Positions 38,512 through 48,074 of a stretch of DNA of 64,000 nucleotides are shown here, one piece after another. The DNA lies in contig JAUMVA010000001.1 of NCBI GenBank assembly GCA_030530425.1, positions 16,132-80,131 on the forward strand, given 5' to 3'. Every line of letters begins with the position of its first letter. Position 1 is the first letter of the stretch. Source of the DNA: Candidatus Saccharimonadota bacterium (GTDB taxonomy: Bacteria > Patescibacteriota > Saccharimonadia > Saccharimonadales > Saccharimonadaceae). The notes beneath the pieces were generated by a model that saw only the letters and a program-made list of their open reading frames with translations, did no database searches and was not told the DNA's origin. The position numbers were made by a program, and so were the translations under genes.

Positions 38512-39648
38512 CTATAATTCCAATACTTTTAAAATTTTATTATGAGCATTTTGAATTGAGTAATCACTCAAAACATACATATATAATTCATATCCAGGCA
38601 TTGCAAATGACGGTAAACCACCAGTTTGTCCATAACCCTCAAGACTTAATGATTCCATATGCCAATTACCATTTATGGTTTGTTTGTTAATAATTTCAAT
38701 TAAACTATCCGCTGAAAGATTAGTCTGAACGGAATCACTAATCGCATTAAAAATTTCTTGGTAATTTGATAGTGATTTTTCTTGAACCATTTTATTAAAA
38801 ACTGCTTCAATCACTCGTTGTTGATTTTTGCCCCGTTCGACATCACCACCAGACAAACTTTTGCGTTCACGCGTAAACGACAAAGCTTCTTTACCATTTA
38901 GAACTATTTTGCCTACAGGAAAATGTTTTTTATCAAAGCTATCAAACGCCACTGGGTTATTGACTTCTACTCCGCCTAAAATATCAATAATTTTAATAAA
39001 CGATGAAAAATTGACTTTAATATAAATTGGTATCTTGATATTTAATAAGTTCTCAACCGTTTTAACAGAACTCTCGATACCATAATTGCCAGCATGAGTT
39101 AATTTATCTTTCTGATTTTGACCACCCAAAGCAATTGGCACATATGAATCACGTGGAATAGTTGTTAACAATAATTGCTTTTTTGTTAAATTAATTGTTG
39201 CTACAATGTTAACATCTGATCGTGAAACAGTATTAATTTCGCCATAGGTATCAATTCCACTGATATAAACATTAAACGCTATATCTGATGGTTTAATTTT
39301 AGTACTTTCAATCGAATTATTTGTTATAGCAACTTTATTAATTAAATTGATACTATCGTTTAAAATATTCATCAAGTAGCTAAAACAAACAATACTAAAG
39401 ATTAAAACATATAAACCAATAAATTTTAAAATATTGTTTTTTTGAGTAACTAATATACCAACTAAAACTGTTAAAAACAAAATGATACCAATAATAGTAA
39501 ATTGATATTTAATATTGATTAACTTGTTTATTACAACAAAAAATACCGCAACAATTGCTAAAATTATTAATATGATTATTACAGACCAAAAATATATTTT
39601 TTGCTTTGAACTTTTTTTTGACTTTAAATTAATCTTATTATGTATCAT
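38512..39648 (-). CDS. LytR-CpsA-Psr (LCP) family glycopolymer-to-peptidoglycan ligase
   Basis: 378 aa; N-terminal TM helices, LCP core (…NVYISGIDTYGEINTVSRSDVNIVATINLTKKQLLLTTIPRDSYV…). Confidence 0.85.
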   Translation of the reverse strand: MIHNKINLKSKKSSKQKIYFWSVIIILIILAIVAVFFVVINKLINIKYQFTIIGIILFLTVLVGILVTQKNNILKFIGLYVLIFSIVCFSYLMNILNDSINLINKVAITNNSIESTKIKPSDIAFNVYISGIDTYGEINTVSRSDVNIVATINLTKKQLLLTTIPRDSYVPIALGGQNQKDKLTHAGNYGIESSVKTVENLLNIKIPIYIKVNFSSFIKIIDILGGVEVNNPVAFDSFDKKHFPVGKIVLNGKEALSFTRERKSLSGGDVERGKNQQRVIEAVFNKMVQEKSLSNYQEIFNAISDSVQTNLSADSLIEIINKQTINGNWHMESLSLEGYGQTGGLPSFAMPGYELYMYVLSDYSIQNAHNKILKVLEL

Positions 39649-39805
39649 ATCACATAAATCCTTTAATACTTCAATGATTATTTAATCACACTTTAAATAT
39701 ATCAATAATTATAAAAGATTTATTATAAAAAGTCAATTACTAAAATATTAGTTTTATTTTTATGCTTGTTAATATAGTTTTCATAGACGATATTAAACTG
39801 ATAAT

Positions 39806-40162
39806 TTAATTTAATAAATTTTGGAGTTCATCAATATTTAAAATTCGAAATGCCTTGCGAACGGTATTTAATTCTAATTCATCGAGTTGTTGCAAGCGAA
39901 TATTAATTTGATCTTTTAATTCCAGCGGCTGATAATGATCAGTGTTTTTTACAATTTCTAATGATCTTGCTGAACCATCAACTTTGCGTAAATAATTCAT
40001 CATTACTAAATTATTCACATGTTCAGCTACGGTTGCAATTGATTTATAACCTAATGCTTCAGCAATTTCACGATAACTTGGACTAAACCCCTGCCCTATT
40101 ACAAAACCATCAATATAATCTAATAAAACTTTTTGCTTTTTAGATATTTTTTGACGTTCCAT
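39806..40162 (-). CDS. LexA-type winged-helix DNA-binding domain protein lacking the S24 peptidase domain
   Basis: 118 aa. KISKKQKVLLDYIDGFVIGQGFSPSYREIAEALGYKSIATVAEHVNNLVMMNYLRK matches the LexA N-terminal DNA-binding domain. No Ser/Lys peptidase domain follows. Confidence 0.55.
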   Translation of the reverse strand: MERQKISKKQKVLLDYIDGFVIGQGFSPSYREIAEALGYKSIATVAEHVNNLVMMNYLRKVDGSARSLEIVKNTDHYQPLELKDQINIRLQQLDELELNTVRKAFRILNIDELQNLLN

Positions 40163-40169
40163 CTATAAC

Positions 40170-40631
40170 TTATTCTTTAATTTTAGAGATAATTAATCGG
40201 CGATCTTCACCTTCACCGACTGAATGAGTTGAAATCGTTGAATAATCTTGTGCTAATTTATGAACAATTCGACGATCTGCTGGTGACAATTTTACAATAT
40301 AATCTTCACCAGTTTGACGAACTTTTTCAATCCATTTTTCAGCTTTTTCAATTAATTTATTATTTTTATGTTTCTTATAATCAGCAATATCTAAATTAAT
40401 TCGATAATATTCTGATCCCTTAAGACGTAAAGTAGCTGAAATTAAGCTTTGAATTGCACGTAAATTATCAGCATCTTTACCAATTAAAATTGCATTAGCT
40501 TCAGTTGATGGAACTGATAATTCAATTACATCATCTTCGCATGTCGAACTAACAGCGATATTTAGACCGAAAAAACTTAATAAATCTTCAGTAAATTTTG
40601 TTGCGTAAATAATTGCTTCTTCTTTGTTCAT
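40170..40631 (-). CDS. Jag/KhpB-type RNA-binding protein (KH + R3H domains)
   Basis: 153 aa; KH-like and R3H (…RRIVHKLAQDY…GEGEDRRLII) segments; conserved position after yidC. Confidence 0.8.
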   Translation of the reverse strand: MNKEEAIIYATKFTEDLLSFFGLNIAVSSTCEDDVIELSVPSTEANAILIGKDADNLRAIQSLISATLRLKGSEYYRINLDIADYKKHKNNKLIEKAEKWIEKVRQTGEDYIVKLSPADRRIVHKLAQDYSTISTHSVGEGEDRRLIISKIKE

Positions 40632-40650
40632 TTTTTTCCTTTCTCAAAAC

Positions 40651-41580
40651 TCATTTCTTGCGTGATTTTTTTAACGCAGAAAGTTGTTTTTGACGGTTTT
40701 GAAGAATAATTTCAGCAGTTTTAGCACGTTTTAAACGTTCCTCAACGTCAGAATTATCAACAGGTTTAACTTCAGTTTGAATAATTTTTGATAAAATAAT
40801 TTTGCGTTGAATAATTGAAATTAAGCCAGAAACAAATTGATAAAAACCAATCGCACCATAAATCGCACCAAAGCTAACTAAAATAATAATTGGCATAATT
40901 TTATTCATTTTAACCATCATTAGATTATTAATTTCCGATTGATCAGGCTCTTTACCTTCACTAGCTTCAGCTAAAATATCACGTATTCGACGCTTGTCAG
41001 GATTTTTAATAGCACTAGCTGCATTAATTAAATAATATTGTGTCCAAGCTGCACCAACAACAAATAGGGTTGTAAAAAAAGTATGCATTCCAGCATTAAA
41101 TTGAAATGGGATTACACTTAAATCAACAATATTTAGAAGCATTGGTTTGAAGCTAGTATGATCAGTAATTAAAGCCTGAATTGGCGCTAAAGTTTTAACA
41201 AAATTATAAGCTAAATTAGTAATCGCCTCAGGATTACTAATCATAGTTCTTACCACTGTAAACATAGCAATTAATATTGGTAATTGAATTAAAGTAGTAA
41301 AAAATGAGGCCGACATTTTAATACCATTTTGTTTATATAAACTCATGGTCATAATATATTCTAATTGCTTGTTATTCTTTGTTTTAGCACGAATTTTTTT
41401 CAGCTCAGGTTGAATATCCTGCATTTTTTTCATCTGAATAGTTTGTGACTTCAATAATGGAAAAATTAAGATTTTAACAATAATTGTAAACAAAATCACT
41501 GCTAAACCAAAGTCACCCACTAGACTATAGAGTACTAATAAAAGATTTAGAATCGGTCGAAAAATTAACTCATTAAACAT
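40651..41580 (-). CDS. yidC: Membrane protein insertase YidC/Oxa1 family
   Basis: 309 aa; 5-TM YidC core; C-terminal basic tail; conserved rnpA-yidC synteny. Confidence 0.85.
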   Translation of the reverse strand: MFNELIFRPILNLLLVLYSLVGDFGLAVILFTIIVKILIFPLLKSQTIQMKKMQDIQPELKKIRAKTKNNKQLEYIMTMSLYKQNGIKMSASFFTTLIQLPILIAMFTVVRTMISNPEAITNLAYNFVKTLAPIQALITDHTSFKPMLLNIVDLSVIPFQFNAGMHTFFTTLFVVGAAWTQYYLINAASAIKNPDKRRIRDILAEASEGKEPDQSEINNLMMVKMNKIMPIIILVSFGAIYGAIGFYQFVSGLISIIQRKIILSKIIQTEVKPVDNSDVEERLKRAKTAEIILQNRQKQLSALKKSRKK

Positions 41581-41631
41581 AGTTATTGATATTATATCAC
41601 TTTTAAGGTTTTTTGTTTAATTTACAGATGA

Positions 41632-41979
41632 TTATTTAATAATTTGAGCTTGTTGCAATTCATTCGTTATTTTTTGCTCAAGTTCACTAAAATTAATTTC
41701 CGCTAATTCCAGAGAATGAGCAATAAAAATTAGATCATAATTTTTCGTAAATTGCGATATTTTTGGATGTAATAAACTATAAACCCGACGACGAACAAAA
41801 TTACGCTTTACAGCATGCTTTGCCACTTTTTTTGATATTACTACCGCAATACGAGAAAATCGCTTTCGTGGATTTGGACAAAATTTAATTGTGAATAATT
41901 TTGTTCTGATAGTTTGACCATTTTTATAGGTAAACGTCAAACTATTATGTCCATGAAAGCGATTTTTAAAAGGTATCAT
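41632..41979 (-). CDS. rnpA: Ribonuclease P protein component
   Basis: 115 aa, basic, RNR-like motif region (…VKRNFVRRRVYSL…); follows rpmH. Confidence 0.85.
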   Translation of the reverse strand: MIPFKNRFHGHNSLTFTYKNGQTIRTKLFTIKFCPNPRKRFSRIAVVISKKVAKHAVKRNFVRRRVYSLLHPKISQFTKNYDLIFIAHSLELAEINFSELEQKITNELQQAQIIK

Positions 41980-42010
41980 ACAATTATTTTACTGTAATTT
42001 ATCTAAAAAA

Positions 42011-42148
42011 TTAAGCAGTTAATTGTTTGCGTCCTTTTATGCGACGACGAGCTAAAACTTTACGACCATTTTTAGTGGCATTTTTAGCACGAAATCCGCT
42101 AACTTTAGCACGCTGTCGCTTATGTGGTTGATAGGTTCTTTTCGGCAT
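42011..42148 (-). CDS. rpmH: 50S ribosomal protein L34
   Basis: Manual minus-strand translation gives [45 protein letters not shown] (45 aa), a textbook L34. Below the 60-aa ORF-track cutoff. Confidence 0.9.
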   Translation of the reverse strand: MPKRTYQPHKRQRAKVSGFRAKNATKNGRKVLARRRIKGRKQLTA

Positions 42149-42249
42149 AATAACTTTCTTATTATATTAGTAATATTTTATTTTGCAACATTAAGATTTG
42201 CAATTATTTTTTAAATCTTTTTTAGTATATATCATTTATCCCCAATTTT

Positions 42250-42365
42250 CAAGACTTTATCCACATGTTTTAAAGTGTTAATACTAGCTGTGGAAAACTC
42301 TACCCCTTTATTTACATTTTTATTATAAAACAAGTGTTGTAAAAATTTATCTTGTGGAAAACTTT
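42250..42365. promoter_or_regulatory. oriC-like DnaA-box cluster and AT-rich unwinding region upstream of dnaA
   Basis: Perfect TTATCCACA at 42257-42265; TGTGGAAAA (complement of TTTTCCACA) at 42289-42297 and 42353-42361; AT-rich stretch 42305-42350 between them. Confidence 0.6.
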
Positions 42366-42417
42366 TTTTTAGCTTACAATATATGTAAGTTTTTAAATAT
42401 TTTAAGGGGAATTATAA

Positions 42418-43830
42418 ATGGAAAGAAAAATCTGGCAAAGTGTGCTTGGAGAAATTGAGTTGACAGTGCCAGAGACTACTTTTAAAACCGTCTTTAAAGG
42501 TTTAAGTCTAATTGGAATTCATGATAACCAAGTTGAGATTGGTTTTACGGGTATTTTTATTAAAGGTTTTTTAACTGGCCAATATAAGGAATTGATAACT
42601 AAAACTTTTGAAAAAAATGGTATTAAAAATCCAGAAATTATTTATAAACAAGTAAATAAAAATACTCAAACTTTAAAATCAGTTTTAGAAAAAAAAGCTG
42701 AAGTTTACAAAAGACGTGAAAGTATTAATTTAAAATCTATTAAAAATCAACAAAATTTAAATAATATTTCTTCTGCTTCGGTAACTTCTCAGTCGTCACT
42801 TTCAGAAACATTACCGAGTAATCTTAATCCAAAATACACCTTTGAAAATTTTATTGTTGGCTCATGTAATGATTTAGCTTATTCAGCCGCTCAAGCCGTG
42901 GCTAATGATCCAGGCATTAAATATAATCCCCTATTTCTTTATTCAGGAGTAGGTTTAGGTAAAACTCATTTAATGCAGGCAATTGGCAATGAAATAATCA
43001 GAAAAAATCCAGAAGCTAGAGTAGTTTATATGTCAATTGAAAATTTTGTGCAAGATTTTTTAGATTCAATTCGCTTTAAAAAAGCTGGTTTTTCTGATAA
43101 GTATCGCAATGTTGATGTATTAATTATTGATGATATTCAATTTATTCATGGTAAAGAAAAAACTCAAGAGGAATTTTTTCATACTTTTAATACCCTACAT
43201 CAAAATAATAAACAAATTATCATTGCTAGTGATCGACCGCCAAAAAGCATTCCAACATTAAGTGAACGTTTACGTAGTCGCTTTGAATGGGGTATGACAA
43301 TTGATATTCAAATGCCAGATTTTGAAACTCGCTGTGCAATCATCGATGCAAAAGCCAGCTTGTCTGGTATTAAACTTGATATGGAAACTACTGAATTTTT
43401 AGCTAATAATTTTCGAACTAATATTCGCGAATTAGAAGGTGATCTTAATTATTTATTGGCTTCAGTTGATATGCGTGGTTTAGAATTAAATGTAGATACG
43501 GCTCGTAACCTCTTAACTAACATTAAATCAACTAGACCACAACATTTAACCCCAAAACAAATTATCAATAAAACTGCACATTTTTTTCAAATCGATGCTG
43601 ATGAAATTTGTAGCGCTAAACGATCAAAACATATTGTTGTACCCCGTCAAATCGCAATGTATTTACTACGTAGTGAATTGCATATGAGTTTTCCAAAGAT
43701 TTCTAAAGAACTTGGTCGTAAAGATCATACTACTGCTATGCATTCAATTGAAAAAATCGATGACGATTTAAAATCAAACTCTATTTTAAGAGAAAATATT
43801 GCTAATATTCGAGATAGCTTATATAGTTAA
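42418..43830 (+). CDS. dnaA: Chromosomal replication initiator protein DnaA
   Basis: 470 aa; AAA+ Walker A GVGLGKTHL; C-terminal DnaA-box binding domain (…VPRQIAMYLLR…HTTAMHS…). Confidence 0.95.
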   Translation: MERKIWQSVLGEIELTVPETTFKTVFKGLSLIGIHDNQVEIGFTGIFIKGFLTGQYKELITKTFEKNGIKNPEIIYKQVNKNTQTLKSVLEKKAEVYKRRESINLKSIKNQQNLNNISSASVTSQSSLSETLPSNLNPKYTFENFIVGSCNDLAYSAAQAVANDPGIKYNPLFLYSGVGLGKTHLMQAIGNEIIRKNPEARVVYMSIENFVQDFLDSIRFKKAGFSDKYRNVDVLIIDDIQFIHGKEKTQEEFFHTFNTLHQNNKQIIIASDRPPKSIPTLSERLRSRFEWGMTIDIQMPDFETRCAIIDAKASLSGIKLDMETTEFLANNFRTNIRELEGDLNYLLASVDMRGLELNVDTARNLLTNIKSTRPQHLTPKQIINKTAHFFQIDADEICSAKRSKHIVVPRQIAMYLLRSELHMSFPKISKELGRKDHTTAMHSIEKIDDDLKSNSILRENIANIRDSLYS

Positions 43831-43839
43831 TTATGTCCT

Positions 43840-44070
43840 AATATCTGTGGATAAGTTGTGTAAAAGCTGTGCTTTATTTAAAAATATTAGTGAATAAATT
43901 GTGATTAACTATTAACTTTTGCACATTATTATATTTTTAAAAAGCCGTCTTGTGGTTAAAAACTATATTTTACACATTTAAAACACAGCTTTTAACCAAT
44001 ATTATCAACAACTTATTTATAGCTTTGACAGATGATACTTATAGTTTTACACAATTTCCACAACCCTTAC
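43840..44070. promoter_or_regulatory. Second DnaA-box cluster between dnaA and dnaN
   Basis: TGTGGATAA (43846-43854, perfect), TGTGGTTAA (43951-43959), TTTTACACA/TTTCCACAA (44046-44062); AT-rich. Confidence 0.55.
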
Positions 44071-44112
44071 TAATATGTCTAATATATGTTAAAATATAAA
44101 TAAGGAATAATT

Positions 44113-45210
44113 ATGGAATTAAAAGTAACTCAAGAAAATCTATCTAAAGCACTTAATATTGTGTCAAAAATTGCAAATATGAAAACACAAATGCCAATTT
44201 TAGACAATATTTTATTAAGAACTAATGACAATCGTTTACAAGTAGCAGCAACTAATCTAGAAATTGCCTCGACTCAGTTTATTGGTGCAAAAATTACTAA
44301 AGGTGGTGAAATTACTATTCCAGCTAAAGTTGTTACTGATTTTGTTAATAATTTACCAAGTGGTGTTATTGATATGTTAGTAACTGATAATCATTTAAAA
44401 ATTACCTCAGGAAAGTTTACATCAATTATTAATGGGATTATTAACGAAGAATTTCCAGAGTTGCCAACAATTGATGAAACATCAGCTATTAAAATTGAGC
44501 TAGCGACTGAAGATTTTAAACAGGCAGCTAGTCAAACAATTATTGCTACTAGTAATGATATGGCTCGCCCAATTCTAACTGGTGTATTATGGCAAATGCG
44601 AGATAATTTTTTGTATTTAGCAGCAACTGACAGTTATCGTTTAGCTGAACGTAAAATGATCGCCTTTAATCAGCCGTTGTCGGTAATTGTACCTGCTCAG
44701 ACTATGCAAGAAGTTTTACGCGCTATTAGTGAAGAAGATGAAGTAATCGAAGTATTATTCAGTGAATCACAAGTTCGTTTTCGAGTTGGCGATACTGAAA
44801 TCATATCGCAATTAATTGATGGTCGTTTTCCTGACTATACTCAATTAATACCAAAAGATAATGATGTTAAAATAAAAGTTAATAAGTCAGAATTCTCGAA
44901 AGTGGTAAAAATATCCGGTTTTTTTGCCTTGCATTCATCTAGTGGTATTACCTTAACGGCTAATAGTGAGAATCAAAATCTATTGCTTAAATCAATTGCT
45001 TCAGAAATTGGTGAAAATATATCAGAAGTTGAAGCTAATGTTAATGGTGATGGAAAAATTACTCTTAATTCACGATATTTGAGTGATGCTTTGAATACTA
45101 TAAATGATGATATGATTGATTTTCAATTTAAGGGCAAGCTAGCGCCATGTATTTTACGACCTGTTAAGCAAAATAATTATTTACATATTATCATGCCGTT
45201 GAAAAGCTAA
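44113..45210 (+). CDS. dnaN: DNA polymerase III beta sliding clamp
   Basis: 365 aa; three-domain DnaN architecture; synteny dnaA-dnaN-recF. Confidence 0.95.
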   Translation: MELKVTQENLSKALNIVSKIANMKTQMPILDNILLRTNDNRLQVAATNLEIASTQFIGAKITKGGEITIPAKVVTDFVNNLPSGVIDMLVTDNHLKITSGKFTSIINGIINEEFPELPTIDETSAIKIELATEDFKQAASQTIIATSNDMARPILTGVLWQMRDNFLYLAATDSYRLAERKMIAFNQPLSVIVPAQTMQEVLRAISEEDEVIEVLFSESQVRFRVGDTEIISQLIDGRFPDYTQLIPKDNDVKIKVNKSEFSKVVKISGFFALHSSSGITLTANSENQNLLLKSIASEIGENISEVEANVNGDGKITLNSRYLSDALNTINDDMIDFQFKGKLAPCILRPVKQNNYLHIIMPLKS

Positions 45211-45217
45211 ATAAAAT

Positions 45218-46270
45218 ATGATTATTTCACAGCTTAAAGTCCAAAATTTTCGGTGTCATCAAGCTTATCAACTTAATATTAAGTCTCAAAAATTAGCGAT
45301 TATCGGTCATAATGGTGTCGGAAAGACTAGTTTATTAGAAGCGATTTATTTATTATCTCAAGGGAAATCTTTTAAAGATAGCGATATTGATTTAATTAAA
45401 CAAAATCAATCATGGGCGCGAATTGACGGCATAATATTAACCCAAAATACACATCAGCGAACGATAAAACTCCAACAAGATAATACAAAAAATATTAAAA
45501 TAATCGAAATAAATCAGAAAAAATATCATCGTCTGCCACAAAATTATAAAATCCCAGTGGTAGTTTTCGAACCAGATGAATTAAATTTAATTATAGGCTC
45601 TCCGACTCGCCGACGACGCTATCTTGATTTGTTAATTTCACAAATAGTTCCAGTCTATTCTCGCCTATTAAGTCGTTATACAAAAACTTTAAAACAACGT
45701 AATGATTTGATAAAACAGATGTTAGATTATGGTCAAATTAGTCAAGAGCAATTATTTTCTTGGAATGTGTTATTAAGTCAATATGGCGGTCAAATTATTA
45801 AATATCGTTTAGAAATTACTAACCAGCTTAATCAATTAATTAATCAATTTTATCAACAAATTACTGGTGTTAATGATGATATTAAATTTAAATATCAATT
45901 CGAATCTGGCGCAATTAATTTTTTAGAACAAAAAATCTTTAATGAATTATCAAATCAGCGTAATTTTTATCAAGGAACGGTAGTTGGTCCACATCGTCAT
46001 GATTTAGAAATTTATTTTAATCAGAAAATGGCTAATAAATGTGCGTCACGTGGTGAAACTCGTTCAATTATTTTAGCGATGAAATTAATTGAAATTGAAA
46101 TTATTAAACAAAGATTAAGATTAAACCCTTTAGTATTGCTCGATGATGTAATGAGCGAGCTTGATCATCAGCGACAATTAGCTTTAATGCAATTTACAAA
46201 CCAATCACAAATTATTCTTACCTCAACTGAAGTTAAAAATCTAACTGATTATCAAATTGAACAACTGTAA
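45218..46270 (+). CDS. recF: DNA replication and repair protein RecF
   Basis: 350 aa; Walker A GHNGVGKTSLLEAI; SMC-like signature region; C-terminal Walker B LLLDDVMSELD. Confidence 0.9.
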   Translation: MIISQLKVQNFRCHQAYQLNIKSQKLAIIGHNGVGKTSLLEAIYLLSQGKSFKDSDIDLIKQNQSWARIDGIILTQNTHQRTIKLQQDNTKNIKIIEINQKKYHRLPQNYKIPVVVFEPDELNLIIGSPTRRRRYLDLLISQIVPVYSRLLSRYTKTLKQRNDLIKQMLDYGQISQEQLFSWNVLLSQYGGQIIKYRLEITNQLNQLINQFYQQITGVNDDIKFKYQFESGAINFLEQKIFNELSNQRNFYQGTVVGPHRHDLEIYFNQKMANKCASRGETRSIILAMKLIEIEIIKQRLRLNPLVLLDDVMSELDHQRQLALMQFTNQSQIILTSTEVKNLTDYQIEQL

Positions 46271-46274
46271 AATA

Positions 46275-48074
46275 TTAAGTTGTAATTAAGCCTTCTTCAG
46301 TCGGTGAAGCATGAATTTGAATGTGAACATGATTTTGTCCTGCAAAAAATAAACCTTGCCCAACTGGAAAATTAGCTAAACGTTTCTTTTCTTCGTCAGT
46401 TAATTTAAATACTTCACTTAACACATCAACTGAAGAAGTAGATTGTTTTAATAATAATTGCATTGAAGAGTTAGCAACAATTGCTCGCCCCATTTTAGTA
46501 CCCATAAAATCTTCAACATCTTGAGTAATAGTAGTTAATCCAAGCTTATATTTACGGGCTCGTTTAGCTAAACTAAACAAAAAGTTGGCTGAGTCAGAAT
46601 ATTTCATTAATTGCCAAGCTTCATCAACAATAAGCATACGATGTCTTTGATCAGCTCGTGTCAAATTCCAAATATGGCTTAAAACAATATACATTGCAAC
46701 CGGACGTAACTCATCTTCAAGATCTCGAATATTAAAAACAACCATTGAATTATTAATCTCAACGTTACTTTGTTGGGAAAAAATACCAGCAAAAGTACCA
46801 GTAGTATATTTACGCAAACGCTGTGCTAGTTGTGGGCCAGTGCCGCCCATATGTAATAAAGTGTCATATAAATTAGCGATAGTTGGTGGAGTTGATTGAT
46901 GAGTTAATGGGTCGCTCGTAATACCAGCTCGTGAATAAGTATCAATTAAAGCTTGATCAAGATCGGCTTCTTCGGCTGGTGATAAGCCCATTGCTTGTAC
47001 TCCCTCGTTTGCTGTAGCTGCAGTTGACGAAAGTATTAAGCGAAATAATCCGTGTAAATTAACCAAATTTGATCGTAGAGTATCATTTGCTTCTTTTGAA
47101 TCAACCGTTTTTGGTAAATCAAATGGATTAATTCGAGTGACTGAGTTTAAGCTTAATCGAATATAACTGCCACCAACAGCATCGCAAAGTTTATGATATT
47201 CATTTTCAGGATCAATAATTATAACTTCCGTACCAATCATCATCGAGCGTAAAGCTTCTAGTTTAACAGTAAATGATTTACCAGCACCAGACTTTGCAAA
47301 AACTACCATATTAGCATTTTCTAAAGAAAAGCGATCAAAGATAACTAGGCCAGAATTATGCATATTAATACCATATAATACGCCTTGATCTTGTGATAGA
47401 TCGGCACTAGTGAATGGAAAAGTTGTTGATAATGCACCAGTATTTAAATTATGACGAATTTTTAGTTGATCGTAAAGTTGTGGTGCAGTACAATTAATCC
47501 CCTGCTCTTGTTGAGAAGAAGCAACTTTTGAAAAAACTAATTGTTGACCAAAAATTGTTTCAATCTTGTTTTGAACATAACGTAATTCTTCTAAACTATC
47601 AGCATACATTGTGACATATAAGCCAAATCGGAAAAAACGTTCAGCGCCAATCTGTAATTGATCACGTAATTGCTCAGCATCCATAATTGCTGCTTCAAGA
47701 GCTGGGTCACGAGTTTTTCCTTTTTCAGCGTTAATTGAAATACTAGCTTCCAGCTGGGTAACTTTTTTAGTTAAATTTTTTAAAATAGTTTGGGTATCAA
47801 CTGGATAAATAAACATGCTAATATCAACTACTTCATCAATATTAATTAGCGGGCTGAGCCAACCAGTATGAACCTCGCGTGGGTAACCATAGACGTAAAT
47901 AGTCCGTCCAAACTTCGCTCCAAGTCGGAAATAGTCAGAAAAAATTTCAATGCTACTTGGTGCAATTAAATCACGCAATGTTGTCATGCCTGCTAAGTAA
48001 GCTTGCTCAATACGTTGTTCTTCAGTTAAGGTTTGAACTTGTTGGTTTGATTGTTTTTTATTAAAAAGTCCCAT
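46275..48074 (-). CDS. virB4: Type IV secretion/conjugation ATPase, VirB4/TrbE/CagE family (ATPase core, lacks the usual N-terminal domain)
   Basis: 599 aa; Walker A VVFAKSGAGKSF, Walker B MLIVDEAWQLM; VirB4-like C-terminal region. Start overlaps the upstream ORF stop (TAATG). Confidence 0.85.
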   Translation of the reverse strand: MGLFNKKQSNQQVQTLTEEQRIEQAYLAGMTTLRDLIAPSSIEIFSDYFRLGAKFGRTIYVYGYPREVHTGWLSPLINIDEVVDISMFIYPVDTQTILKNLTKKVTQLEASISINAEKGKTRDPALEAAIMDAEQLRDQLQIGAERFFRFGLYVTMYADSLEELRYVQNKIETIFGQQLVFSKVASSQQEQGINCTAPQLYDQLKIRHNLNTGALSTTFPFTSADLSQDQGVLYGINMHNSGLVIFDRFSLENANMVVFAKSGAGKSFTVKLEALRSMMIGTEVIIIDPENEYHKLCDAVGGSYIRLSLNSVTRINPFDLPKTVDSKEANDTLRSNLVNLHGLFRLILSSTAATANEGVQAMGLSPAEEADLDQALIDTYSRAGITSDPLTHQSTPPTIANLYDTLLHMGGTGPQLAQRLRKYTTGTFAGIFSQQSNVEINNSMVVFNIRDLEDELRPVAMYIVLSHIWNLTRADQRHRMLIVDEAWQLMKYSDSANFLFSLAKRARKYKLGLTTITQDVEDFMGTKMGRAIVANSSMQLLLKQSTSSVDVLSEVFKLTDEEKKRLANFPVGQGLFFAGQNHVHIQIHASPTEEGLITT

